A DNA stretch of 64,000 nucleotides from a virus, in the IMG/VR virus record IMGVR_UViG_3300025274_001348, positions 20,543 to 84,542 of that record; one strand, 5' to 3'. Shown here piece by piece: positions 36,001 through 45,515 of the stretch. Below the pieces are notes generated by a model. It did no database searches. It saw only the letters and a list, made by a program, of their open reading frames with translations, and was not told the origin of the DNA. The first letter of the stretch is position 1, and each line of letters starts with the position of its first letter. The position numbers were made by a program, and so were the translations under genes.

Positions 36001-36942
36001 ATGAAAAAAGCAATCTTGAGTTCTATTCTACTTCTTCTTATATTCTCCGCTCCCTTGCTAGGGAATGACAAACAGCTTTACCAACACCTACAAGATGTAT
36101 CTGTTACGGTAAAGTCTGGCTTCGGAGAAGGTTCTGGAGTAATTTTTACTCGAACCATTCCCATTACTAAAATTCAACCACCCGAACTAGGTAAACCTCT
36201 TACGGTAAAGGTAAACTTCGTGTGGACAGCGGCTCATGTTGTAGATGGTCTCCGTTCCGTTAGGACAACAATCAAGGATGGGCGATCAGTAAAGATTGTT
36301 GAATTTAAAGATGCTCAAATCGTCCAAGAATTAGTCGAAGATGGCCGTCGTGTTGGTGAGTTCAAGATGGAAGCCAAGGTTATCAAATATAGCGATTCCG
36401 AAAACGGGGAAGACTTGGCCCTTCTAATGATTAGGAAGAAGGGTTTTATTGACAAGTCAGTCACCTTCTTTAAGGCTGAAGGTAAACCTGTGCCTATTGG
36501 TACTGAATTATATCATGTAGGCTCATTATTAGGACAAACTGGCTCAAATTCGATGACGCGAGGAATTTGTTCTCAAGTTGGAAGAGTTCTTGACTTGGGG
36601 GCGGGTGGTGGTGTAATATTTGACCAGACAACCGTTACGGCTTTCCCCGGATCAAGCGGGGGTGGAGTTTTTCTCAGCGAGAGGTCTGGCAAAGATGCGG
36701 GTCAGTACGTTGGAATGCTTGTCAGAGGCGCTGGAGAAACATTCAACCTAATTGTTCCAATTCGTAGGATGCGAGCTTATGCTGAAAAAGAAGGCATCTT
36801 GTGGGCTATCGATTCAGATCATCCCGTCCCTGCCCTAAAAGAAATTACGGAGTTGTCAATTGAAGGTGGATCATCAAAGAACAAAACCGGAAAGAGTATC
36901 TTGACCAAAGATAGTGTCAAGTTTCCCACGCTACTTAAATAA
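36001..36942 (+). CDS. Secreted trypsin-like serine protease
   Basis: Signal peptide; GEGSGV, WTAAHV, DLAL, FPGSSGGGV. Confidence 0.88.
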   Translation: MKKAILSSILLLLIFSAPLLGNDKQLYQHLQDVSVTVKSGFGEGSGVIFTRTIPITKIQPPELGKPLTVKVNFVWTAAHVVDGLRSVRTTIKDGRSVKIVEFKDAQIVQELVEDGRRVGEFKMEAKVIKYSDSENGEDLALLMIRKKGFIDKSVTFFKAEGKPVPIGTELYHVGSLLGQTGSNSMTRGICSQVGRVLDLGAGGGVIFDQTTVTAFPGSSGGGVFLSERSGKDAGQYVGMLVRGAGETFNLIVPIRRMRAYAEKEGILWAIDSDHPVPALKEITELSIEGGSSKNKTGKSILTKDSVKFPTLLK

Positions 36943-36951
36943 AGGATAGCA

Positions 36952-37179
36952 ATGTTTAAGAAGATTTTTGATTGGTACATGGAACAAAAAATGAGTTACA
37001 TACTGTTATCTATCTACCTTGTGGCGGCTATTACGGCGACCCTCGGTATACCGGGGCGTGAAGGATTGGTTCTTTGGGCTTGGGGCACTGGAGCAACTTT
37101 AATACTCGGTCCTTGGATGTGGTCCCTTAATAGGATTAACAAACAAACGACAGGAAAGAATCTCTGGGACAATGGATAA
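36952..37179 (+). CDS. Small two-TM membrane protein
   Basis: Two hydrophobic segments. Confidence 0.55.
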   Translation: MFKKIFDWYMEQKMSYILLSIYLVAAITATLGIPGREGLVLWAWGTGATLILGPWMWSLNRINKQTTGKNLWDNG

Positions 37180-37483
37180 AAAAGATCTTCAGGTAGTAGT
37201 TTTTGTAACTAGCTGGTGTCCTCATTGCAAGAACATGAAAGATTCTGTGTGGACTGACCAGACCGTTCTTGAGTCGGTTAAGCCATATTTCGAAGGCATA
37301 CCAGCTATTGTCCCGGTTGATAAACCCGGAAATGAATACTTATCTCAGCAGTTTAATATTGAAGTGTTTCCAACCGTAGTCATTATGGACGAATCTCGTA
37401 AGGTACTTAGACGTGCAAAAAACATGACTAAAGAAGAAACCATAAAGTTTTTGGAAGAAACTGATAACGATGACAATCAGTAA
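37172..37483 (+). CDS. Thioredoxin-family protein
   Basis: WCPHC; FPTV cis-Pro. Confidence 0.88.
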   Translation: MDKKDLQVVVFVTSWCPHCKNMKDSVWTDQTVLESVKPYFEGIPAIVPVDKPGNEYLSQQFNIEVFPTVVIMDESRKVLRRAKNMTKEETIKFLEETDNDDNQ

Positions 37484-38462
37484 ACACGATAGCGTGCTAA
37501 TTACCGGCGGAAAGGGCTTTTTGGGCCGAAGGCTTTACAGATCGCTAAATGAGGCTGGCTACAGTCGCCTCACAGCGGTAGGGGGCACTCAAGATGGTAT
37601 TGATCTAGGCGAAGATGCTCACATAGGTTGGATGTTTGATATGTACCGTCCTGATGTAGTAATCCATCTTGCCGCTAGAGTGGGTGGAATCGGAGCCAAC
37701 ATGAAATACCCCGGAGGTTTTCTGTATGAAAATCTTAACATGGGTATCAAGATGATCGAAGAAGCTCGCCAGTGGGAATGCAAAAAATTCATCATGACAG
37801 GAACGGTATGCTCTTATCCTAAATACTGCCCTGTCCCTTTTAAAGAAGAAGACATATGGAATGGATATCCAGAAGAAACTAATGCTCCTTATGGCATAGC
37901 AAAGAAAACGCTAATGGAAATGCTACAGGCGTACCATAGCCAGTTTGGAATGAACACTGTTAATTTAATACCTACCAACATGTATGGACCGGGAGATAAT
38001 TACGATCCTAGAGCCAGTCATGTCATACCAGCCATTATGTCTCGCGTGGCTCATGCTAAGAAAAACAACGATCCTGAGTTAGAGGTATGGGGTTCTGGTG
38101 AAGCCAGTAGAGAATTTCTATTTGTTGAAGACTGCGCAAAAGCTATCCAGCTTGCTATGGAAAATCACGATGACGATCCCTCGCCAGTCAATATAGGAAC
38201 CGGTGAAGAAACTAAGATCAAAGACATGATCGAAACAATGTGTGAAATAATGGAATATGACGGAGAGCTTGTGTGGAACGATAGAAAACCTGACGGTCAG
38301 CCAAGAAGATGTCTAGACGTTACAAAAGCAAAAGAAAAATTTGGGTTCACAGCCTCTACTTCTCTCAGAAAAGGTCTAGAAATAACTGTCGAGTGGTTTA
38401 ACCGGCATATGTCCCCGTACAAGAAGACGCTAAGAGAGCTTCCCCCTACGGAAATCTACTGA
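37470..38462 (+). CDS. fcl: GDP-L-fucose synthase
   Basis: TGGKGFLG, HLAARVGGIGAN, GTVCSYPK, YGIAK, WGSGEASREFL, KPDGQPRRCLD. Confidence 0.92.
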   Translation: MTISKHDSVLITGGKGFLGRRLYRSLNEAGYSRLTAVGGTQDGIDLGEDAHIGWMFDMYRPDVVIHLAARVGGIGANMKYPGGFLYENLNMGIKMIEEARQWECKKFIMTGTVCSYPKYCPVPFKEEDIWNGYPEETNAPYGIAKKTLMEMLQAYHSQFGMNTVNLIPTNMYGPGDNYDPRASHVIPAIMSRVAHAKKNNDPELEVWGSGEASREFLFVEDCAKAIQLAMENHDDDPSPVNIGTGEETKIKDMIETMCEIMEYDGELVWNDRKPDGQPRRCLDVTKAKEKFGFTASTSLRKGLEITVEWFNRHMSPYKKTLRELPPTEIY

Positions 38463-39325
38463 TGATTACCACCCTAATTCTTTCTGAAAACAACGCTGTT
38501 AGACTTCACCTACTCTTAGAGAGTCTCCATTTAAACGGCGGTAACTTATTTGACATAACCGTTTTATACAGAGCCTCTTCCGAAAAATTTTTTGCAGGAT
38601 ACGAGAAAGCGTCTACCTACTTTAACCTTAAAAATCAATACGAGCATATCTTTCCAACCAGATGGATAGAAATGAGCGACCTTCCTGTCGCAAAAAATAT
38701 GATATCATGCCTCAAGGAAGCAAGAGAATTAGTATGCATTTTTAATGATGAGAATATTTTATTCAAAAACCCACCATCTTATGATTCTATAAAAACCCTT
38801 TTTGATGAACACAATCCTCTAACCTTGTCTTTACGGTTGGGTAACAATACTATTATCCAAAATCCTTATAGTCGAGATAGATATTTTGCCGAAATCCCTT
38901 CAGAGGGTGACTTCGTTTTGGATCAGTTCTTAGTATGGGATGCCGCTGAGATAACACCGTATACAAATTTTGGTATACCATTTTCAATTAACGGACATGT
39001 TTACAAAAACGAACACTTGGCAAAGATTTTAGATCAATCGACCTCTTCCAATTTGGAAGAATTAGAATCAGAAGTCCAGCCACTTTTTTATCAAGGGTCA
39101 TCTTCTGGTTTACCTACTAAAATGTCTTGTCTCGAATATAGTGCCGTGATACATAACTCTTCGCAAAAAATTTCAGACGAAAGCGGTAGCAACTTAGGGA
39201 TTAGCTTGGAAGATCTTAATGAAAGATACCTTCAGTCACAAACCATAGACTTAGACTACATTCCTTTTGAGCATATTTCTATGCCCTTTGAACACTTTGT
39301 TCTAAGGTTCCACAATGCAAATTAG
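38462..39325 (+). CDS. Putative glycosyltransferase-like protein (paralog of 27029-27910)
   Basis: LSLRLGNNTIIQN, PFSINGH, GISLEDLNERYL. Confidence 0.6.
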   Translation: MITTLILSENNAVRLHLLLESLHLNGGNLFDITVLYRASSEKFFAGYEKASTYFNLKNQYEHIFPTRWIEMSDLPVAKNMISCLKEARELVCIFNDENILFKNPPSYDSIKTLFDEHNPLTLSLRLGNNTIIQNPYSRDRYFAEIPSEGDFVLDQFLVWDAAEITPYTNFGIPFSINGHVYKNEHLAKILDQSTSSNLEELESEVQPLFYQGSSSGLPTKMSCLEYSAVIHNSSQKISDESGSNLGISLEDLNERYLQSQTIDLDYIPFEHISMPFEHFVLRFHNAN

Positions 39326-39761
39326 AAGAATAGAAAGAGATGATTTAGACGAGCACTATTTAAATCTGAGAAGCCAACTAAGCCCTCTTCCACACGATTC
39401 CTGTAATGCCAATTTTGACAAAATATGGTCAACTTTTGTTAACGATAGTAATCACCATGTTATAGTCGCAGTACAAAAAATCTATGACTCTCCGAAATAC
39501 GCTAATCTCGTTGTGGGGACGGGATCGTTGTTAATTGAACGGAAATTAACTGGCACAATTGCGGGTCGCATCGAAGATGTAGTAATTTTACAGGAATACA
39601 GAAAGTGTGGCATGGGGACCGCCATAATCGATGGGCTTATCGATATAGCGACACAGGAAAAATGCTACAAAATCATTTTACACTGTTCCGACAAAAATAT
39701 ACCGTTCTACAACAGGCTTGGTTTTCTTAAAGTAGACAACGGAATGAAGCTAGTACTATGA
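39315..39761 (+). CDS. GNAT acetyltransferase, glucosamine-6-phosphate N-acetyltransferase (GNA1)-like
   Basis: LLIERK, GRIEDVV, YRKCGMG, CYKIILHC, NIPFYNRLGF. Confidence 0.82.
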   Translation: MQIRRIERDDLDEHYLNLRSQLSPLPHDSCNANFDKIWSTFVNDSNHHVIVAVQKIYDSPKYANLVVGTGSLLIERKLTGTIAGRIEDVVILQEYRKCGMGTAIIDGLIDIATQEKCYKIILHCSDKNIPFYNRLGFLKVDNGMKLVL

Positions 39762-40672
39762 AAATCATTTGCACCACGGTTGTCAGAGCAGCCTCTCAGG
39801 GCGATGTCCACGGTGGATTGTATGTTATCGATATGGATTCTGAAGAGGTTGTACATCATTTTCCTTATGCAGAAGATTTTATCAATGACAATGAACGTGG
39901 GGGAGAACGAGGGTTAAGGGGCCTAGCCGTTCTAGACGATAGGATTATTGTTGCAGATTCTTCCGGGCTAATGGAATTAGACAGAGACAATTTTAAAATT
40001 ACCAACAGGATTCAGGATGATAACATATTTAAATCAATACATGAGATATGTTTTTTCGATGGGAATCTGTGGATAACTTCGACAGCATACGATAAGATCG
40101 TTGCAATGGATCTTAATTTTAAACTGCGCGGTATTTGGGAGGTAATAGGAGAAGACGGAGAAGACCGTAAAATTTTAACCGACTTAAAGCCCAGCAATCC
40201 CACGCCGCCTAAAACCGAAGACAAATATCACATTAACTCTATTTCCAGTAACAATGGTAGAGTAGTTTTTTCTGGATTGATTACGCATTTACACTCTGCC
40301 ACAAACATGGATGTTGTTGCTTCTATGCCCGTCATAGACAACGAAAAAAGTTTTCAGCACAACTTTTATGAATACGAAGATTTATGCCTTGTCAACCTTA
40401 CAACTTTTGGATACGTGGGAATTATCAAAAAAGACTCCCCAAAGATCAACTACGTCGCAATCCCCAAGTCCAAAAAGGTGAAATACTCTGCTGACCAGAT
40501 AGCCGCTAATAACTGGAATCGTGGATTGGCTCGCAAAGACAACTATATTCTCATCGGTACTTCACCAGCCAGAATACTTTTATATAACATGGATACCGTC
40601 AGGATAGAAAAAGAAATACAGCTTGAGGAAGATGTAAGACACTGTATTCACGGATTAGAGATATTGGAGTAA
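39758..40672 (+). CDS. Beta-propeller-like protein
   Basis: Repeated RGLA / HEI / HINS blade motifs. Confidence 0.6.
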   Translation: MKIICTTVVRAASQGDVHGGLYVIDMDSEEVVHHFPYAEDFINDNERGGERGLRGLAVLDDRIIVADSSGLMELDRDNFKITNRIQDDNIFKSIHEICFFDGNLWITSTAYDKIVAMDLNFKLRGIWEVIGEDGEDRKILTDLKPSNPTPPKTEDKYHINSISSNNGRVVFSGLITHLHSATNMDVVASMPVIDNEKSFQHNFYEYEDLCLVNLTTFGYVGIIKKDSPKINYVAIPKSKKVKYSADQIAANNWNRGLARKDNYILIGTSPARILLYNMDTVRIEKEIQLEEDVRHCIHGLEILE

Positions 40673-40674
40673 AG

Positions 40675-40890
40675 ATGAAACTAGATGAAAAAAAGGTAAG
40701 TAGGAGCAAGGCCGAGTTATTGAAAATTGACGACAAAACTACAGCGCTGGTTTTGCCGGAAAATTTTGACGGTCTCGAAAACGGAAACGGGTTTCGCAAA
40801 ATGATTGCATATGCGATTCATTCAAAATATATTTGGGTTCATTCAGACTTTAGGTTAAAGCATGGGAAAAACAGTAAGAAAAAAAAGTAA
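40675..40890 (+). CDS. Hypothetical protein
   Basis: GGAG SD; packed ORF. Confidence 0.5.
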   Translation: MKLDEKKVSRSKAELLKIDDKTTALVLPENFDGLENGNGFRKMIAYAIHSKYIWVHSDFRLKHGKNSKKKK

Positions 40891-40940
40891 GCGAGACAAG
40901 AAGAAGCTAAAGAAGGAGCGTCGTTCAAGGAAAGAAAAAC

Positions 40941-41426
40941 GTGAAAACGCATATAACATGGGATGATTACTTCATGGGTCTGGCCTATTATGCCTCTATT
41001 AGAAGCCATGACGATCAAACCAAGGTTGGTTGTGTGATCGTTAGCGACAAGAGAGTAATTAGTATGGGCTACAATGGTTTCTGTAAAGGTGTCGATGACA
41101 GCGACCTTCCCACCGTAAGACCCAATAAATATCCGTTTATGGTTCACGCGGAGGAAAACGCTGTTAGCAACATGCTGATCAATCCTCCGTCACTAAAGCA
41201 AGTATATGTTACACACATGCCCTGCAATAGATGCGCTAAACTTCTATGGCAAAACGATATCCACGACTGGCATATCCCCGAGGGCTGCAAGGCTCACGGA
41301 TATTCAAAAGAAGACGAAATTGTTTACCGACATCTGATAGACAACGGGCTTCAAATATCCTATGTCAACCCAGACCTGTCTTACTTGAACAGACTGACGG
41401 ATAAGGGAAAACCTTTGAGTCATTAG
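40941..41426 (+). CDS. dCMP deaminase
   Basis: WDDYFM, VGCVI, GYNG, VHAEENA, THMPCNRC. Confidence 0.9.
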   Translation: MKTHITWDDYFMGLAYYASIRSHDDQTKVGCVIVSDKRVISMGYNGFCKGVDDSDLPTVRPNKYPFMVHAEENAVSNMLINPPSLKQVYVTHMPCNRCAKLLWQNDIHDWHIPEGCKAHGYSKEDEIVYRHLIDNGLQISYVNPDLSYLNRLTDKGKPLSH

Positions 41427-41436
41427 CTCATATTTA

Positions 41437-41449
41437 GTGTATAATACTA
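41437..41449 (+). promoter_or_regulatory. Candidate phage-specific promoter GTGTATAATACTA
   Basis: Intergenic; identical to 30143-30155. Confidence 0.55.
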
Positions 41450-41517
41450 CATGTCGACAAGAGTTATTCACAACGGCCCACCCCCTCTGGGTGAAGAAGA
41501 AAAGAGAGTCAACGAAG

Positions 41518-41880
41518 ATGAAGCAGCCACCGATAGGAATTACAACCAAAGGATCTGTCGTCAATGTTGTTGACGGCGATACGTTGGACGTAGAAGTAAC
41601 AAGAACTATCAGAGTGAGACTTAAAGATTGTTGGTGTCCTGAAACAAGAACCAGAGATTTAGAAGAAAAGAAAAAGGGGCTAGCGGCCAAGGCTCATTTA
41701 AATGGGCTTTTAGAAGACAGCAAAGATGTAGTTTTATTTATCCCGGCAGATTCAGACGGTGACATAAAAGACGTGTTCACTCTGAATCGAGTGCTGGGAT
41801 ATATTTTTATAGATTCCGAAAATGTCTCGTCCAGAATGGTCACAGATGGACATGCAACCATAAGAAAAGAAAAAAAGTAG
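41518..41880 (+). CDS. Thermonuclease (SNase-like)
   Basis: VVDGDTL, RVRL, PETRTRDLEEKKKGLAAK, RVLG. Confidence 0.85.
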   Translation: MKQPPIGITTKGSVVNVVDGDTLDVEVTRTIRVRLKDCWCPETRTRDLEEKKKGLAAKAHLNGLLEDSKDVVLFIPADSDGDIKDVFTLNRVLGYIFIDSENVSSRMVTDGHATIRKEKK

Positions 41881-41887
41881 GAAGAAA

Positions 41888-44071
41888 ATGTCATTGAACG
41901 AATTGCAAAATTACACGTTTGTTAGTAAGTACGCGAGATGGATTCCAGAAAAGAAAAGAAGAGAAACTTGGAAAGAGTCAGTTGATAGAGTAAAAAATAT
42001 GATGTATGCTAAATATCCCGAAGTGAACGGGGAAATAGAATGGGCATACGATCTAATGCACAAGAAACGTGTGCTAGGCTCTCAAAGAGCTTTACAGTTT
42101 GGAGGAAAGCCAATCTTTAAGCACCATGCTAGAGTCTACAACTGCATTGCTTCTTATGTAGACAGGCCAAGATTCTTTCAAGAATGTATGTATCTTTTAC
42201 TATGCGGGTGTGGCGTAGGATTTTCGGTTCAAAAACACCACGTAAAGAAGCTACCAAATATTATTATCAAAAAGAACGGTACAAAAAAATATACAATACC
42301 CGATACTATTGAGGGGTGGTCTGACGCAATTGGCGTTTTGGTTAGTAGCTACTTTGTTGATGACAAACTGTTTCCTGAATACGAAGGAAAGAACGTAAAC
42401 TTTGATTTTTCTGAAATCAGACCCGCTGGATCTTATCTTAGTTCCAGTTCGGGAAAAGCTCCCGGCCCAGAGCCACTTAAAAAAGCACTCACTAATATTA
42501 AGAAGGTTTTAGACAGGGCTATAAAAGAATCGGAATTCGGCATAAAGAAATTGGAGCCAATACATGTCTACGACATTGTTATGCACGCTGCTGATGCTGT
42601 TATCTCTGGTGGTGTACGCAGAAGTGCTACGATCTGTGTTTTTTCTCCAGATGACCAAGACATGGCGATGGCGAAGACTGGTAACTGGTTTCACGATAAT
42701 CCTCAACGTGGCCGTTCTAACAATTCTGCTTTACTCCTACGTGATAAAACCACTCCTAAACAGTTCTCCGGGTTGATGCAGTCAGTAAAGGAGTTTGGAG
42801 AGCCGGGTTTTGTGTGGTCAGATTCCACAGAGTTAATTGTGAACCCGTGTGTGGAGATTGGGTTGTATCCTGTTGATGAAGAAACAGGTAAGACAGGATG
42901 GCAAGCATGTAATCTCAGTACCATTAATTGTGCAAAAGTTAACACCAAGAAAGAATTTTTTGAATCTTGTCGCGCTGCTGCAATTATTGGAACGCTTCAG
43001 GCCGGTTTTACTGATTTACCATATTTAGGAGAGATCAGCGAGAGAATTTTCCGACGAGAAGCCCTATTGGGCGTTTCCATGACCGGGATTATGGAACAGC
43101 ACGAGCTTTGTCTCGATCCTGAAATCCAAAAAGAAGGCGCTAGGGTTATCAAAAAAACAAACAAGGAATTTGCTGCTAAGATCGGAATCAATCCGGCGGC
43201 TAGAACTACTTGTGTCAAACCTGAAGGCACTGCCAGTTGCATCCTTGGTACTAGTAGCGGCATACATCCCCATCATGCTAAGCGTTATATACGACGTGTA
43301 CAAGCTAACAAGATGGAGAATATTTATCAGCACTTCAGGAAAACAAACGAAAGAGCTTGTGAAGAATCAGTTTGGTCAACTAATGGCACAGACGACGTAA
43401 TCTCTTTCTGTATAGAAGTACCAGATGGGTCAAAGCTGAAGAATAAAATTGGAGCCATAGGTCTTCTAGAATATGTTAAAAGCACTCAGAAAAATTGGGT
43501 AATGGGAGGTAGGAATGAGAGTCTTTGCGTTCAACCCTTTCTACAACACAATGTCTCCAATACTATCAATGTAAAGCCCGAAGAATGGGAAGAGGTAGAA
43601 AAGTTTATCTACAAGAATCGTAAATTTTTCTGCGGCGTGTCTCTGCTTCCTGTGAGCGGAGACAAAGATTACCCTCAAGCCCCATTCACCACGGTCTATC
43701 TCCCCAGTGAAATGGTGTCTCATTACGGAGACGGAGCCGTGTTTGTCAGCGGCCTGATTGAAGTTGCTCTCAATTTATGGGAAGATAACCTATGGGCCGC
43801 TTGCGATGCCATAATTGGGCTTGGCGATAAAATAAAAGGCAACGGTAAAAAGATTTGGCAAAAAAGATGTCAAAAATTTGCCGACAAATATATGGACGGA
43901 GACGTTAAGCGATTAACCTACTGCATGAAAGATGTTTATAACTGGAAAGAATGGGTTGACGTAAAGCGATCATATAAGCCTGTAGAATACACAACATGTA
44001 TCGAGGAGCATGATAATACTAAACCAGAACAAGAACTAGCTTGCGCTGGAGGAATGTGTGAAATCATCTAA
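41888..44071 (+). CDS. nrdJ: Ribonucleotide reductase, probably class II monomeric (RTPR-type)
   Basis: RRETW, YNC, GGVRRSA, NPCVEI, CNL, VKPEGT, C-terminal CAGGMC; no NrdB in the window. Confidence 0.8.
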   Translation: MSLNELQNYTFVSKYARWIPEKKRRETWKESVDRVKNMMYAKYPEVNGEIEWAYDLMHKKRVLGSQRALQFGGKPIFKHHARVYNCIASYVDRPRFFQECMYLLLCGCGVGFSVQKHHVKKLPNIIIKKNGTKKYTIPDTIEGWSDAIGVLVSSYFVDDKLFPEYEGKNVNFDFSEIRPAGSYLSSSSGKAPGPEPLKKALTNIKKVLDRAIKESEFGIKKLEPIHVYDIVMHAADAVISGGVRRSATICVFSPDDQDMAMAKTGNWFHDNPQRGRSNNSALLLRDKTTPKQFSGLMQSVKEFGEPGFVWSDSTELIVNPCVEIGLYPVDEETGKTGWQACNLSTINCAKVNTKKEFFESCRAAAIIGTLQAGFTDLPYLGEISERIFRREALLGVSMTGIMEQHELCLDPEIQKEGARVIKKTNKEFAAKIGINPAARTTCVKPEGTASCILGTSSGIHPHHAKRYIRRVQANKMENIYQHFRKTNERACEESVWSTNGTDDVISFCIEVPDGSKLKNKIGAIGLLEYVKSTQKNWVMGGRNESLCVQPFLQHNVSNTINVKPEEWEEVEKFIYKNRKFFCGVSLLPVSGDKDYPQAPFTTVYLPSEMVSHYGDGAVFVSGLIEVALNLWEDNLWAACDAIIGLGDKIKGNGKKIWQKRCQKFADKYMDGDVKRLTYCMKDVYNWKEWVDVKRSYKPVEYTTCIEEHDNTKPEQELACAGGMCEII

Positions 44072-44096
44072 TGGAATTTTAAAGGAGCAACAACGG

Positions 44097-44543
44097 ATGG
44101 CGATTTCATCGGAAATAGGCGGGATAGAAGTTCAAAAGTTAAGTCCAAATGCCAGAATACCCACCAAGGCAACTTCCATGGACGCAGGGTTTGACCTGTA
44201 CGCCTCGATGGTAGGGGCTACAATTTTAGCCCCTCAAGAAGTTAAATTGATCCCAACCGGAATAGCCATGGCTCTACCTAGGGGCTATGCTGGACTTATC
44301 TGGGACAGATCTTCAATGGGCGTAAAGGGTATACATAGGTTTGCTGGAGTAGTGGACGCTGGATATAGAGGAGAAATCAAAGTTTGTCTGTATAATAGTA
44401 ATGACCGTCCCTATCGATTGAATTCAGGGGACAGGATAGCTCAAATTCTAATCCAAAAAGTGAACGATTTTTATTTGCGGGAAGTGGAAAACCTGAATAA
44501 AACCGATAGAGGAGGCGGCGGTTTCGGTTCATCAGGTATATAA
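44097..44543 (+). CDS. dut: dUTPase
   Basis: AGFDL, DRSS, GVVDAGYRGEI, GDRIAQ, RGGGGFGSSG. Confidence 0.95.
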   Translation: MAISSEIGGIEVQKLSPNARIPTKATSMDAGFDLYASMVGATILAPQEVKLIPTGIAMALPRGYAGLIWDRSSMGVKGIHRFAGVVDAGYRGEIKVCLYNSNDRPYRLNSGDRIAQILIQKVNDFYLREVENLNKTDRGGGGFGSSGI

Positions 44544-44544
44544 T

Positions 44545-45195
44545 ATGCGAAGAAAAAAGTCTGTAGGTAGACAACTCAAGCCAAAAACGGAGAATCAAGC
44601 AGAATACATCAGATCCATGGTTGAATCTGATGTTACAATATGTATTGGCCCGGCAGGAACCGGCAAAACAACACTTGCTGTAGGGCTTGCTTGTCAGTAC
44701 CTTCTGGAAAACAAGGTGAATAAAATTATAATTACCCGACCAGTGGTAGAATCTGGTAAGGGATTAGGATTTTTACCCGGAACTTTTCAGGATAAAATAC
44801 ATCCTTATCTAGTGCCCATCTTTGATGAGATGAATTTGTACTTGTCAAAAGAGACCGCTGAAAAATGGCTAAGGGAAAAACGTGTAGAAATTTGTCCTTT
44901 GGAGTATATGCGAGGGAGAAATTTTCATGACTCCTTCATCATATTAGATGAGGCACAAAACGCCACATACAAACAAATAAAAATGCTAATTACAAGAATG
45001 GGTTCTAGATCCAAGTGTGTGATTAACGGCGATATAGAACAGACCGATTTGCCAGTTAGCATTAGCGGGGCTTTAGAAGAGTGTGTAGACAGGCTTGAAA
45101 ACCTCAAGGGTGTCAGTATCGTGGAACTATACCGGTGTGACATAATCAGAAACAAAATTATATCAAGCATCTTAGAGAGATTAGAAGATGACTGA
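44545..45195 (+). CDS. phoH: PhoH-family ATPase
   Basis: GPAGTGKT, RPVVE, GFLPG, YMRGR, LDEAQN, GDIEQ. Confidence 0.95.
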   Translation: MRRKKSVGRQLKPKTENQAEYIRSMVESDVTICIGPAGTGKTTLAVGLACQYLLENKVNKIIITRPVVESGKGLGFLPGTFQDKIHPYLVPIFDEMNLYLSKETAEKWLREKRVEICPLEYMRGRNFHDSFIILDEAQNATYKQIKMLITRMGSRSKCVINGDIEQTDLPVSISGALEECVDRLENLKGVSIVELYRCDIIRNKIISSILERLEDD

Positions 45196-45514
45196 ACTGA
45201 TAGCAAAACGAGACCATAAGTTTTACTTTGCTGTAATGTGGCTAGCTATCGGCATAATTTCTTCAATCGATTTATACTGGGCTGTTAAAAATCAACACAT
45301 AATGCTTTATTATGAGCAGAATCCTATTGGCAGATACTTAATAAGGCAAGATGATGGAGATGTCGCATTATTTATGGGTACAAAAATGGCTGGAACAATT
45401 CTGGCTCTAGGGTTTCTGATTTTCTTATATCACCACAAAAGACTTTATGCTTGGTTAAGCATAATATTTCTAACGATAGCACAATTTCTTTTGTTATTCT
45501 ATCTAGGACAATAA
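45188..45514 (+). CDS. Multi-TM membrane protein
   Basis: Three hydrophobic helices; EQNP motif. Confidence 0.6.
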   Translation: MTELIAKRDHKFYFAVMWLAIGIISSIDLYWAVKNQHIMLYYEQNPIGRYLIRQDDGDVALFMGTKMAGTILALGFLIFLYHHKRLYAWLSIIFLTIAQFLLLFYLGQ

Positions 45515-45515
45515 A

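Noticed and set aside
41437-41517. GTG start at 41437 for the thermonuclease
   Set aside because: That GTG is part of the repeated promoter motif; the SNase domain begins near ATG 41518
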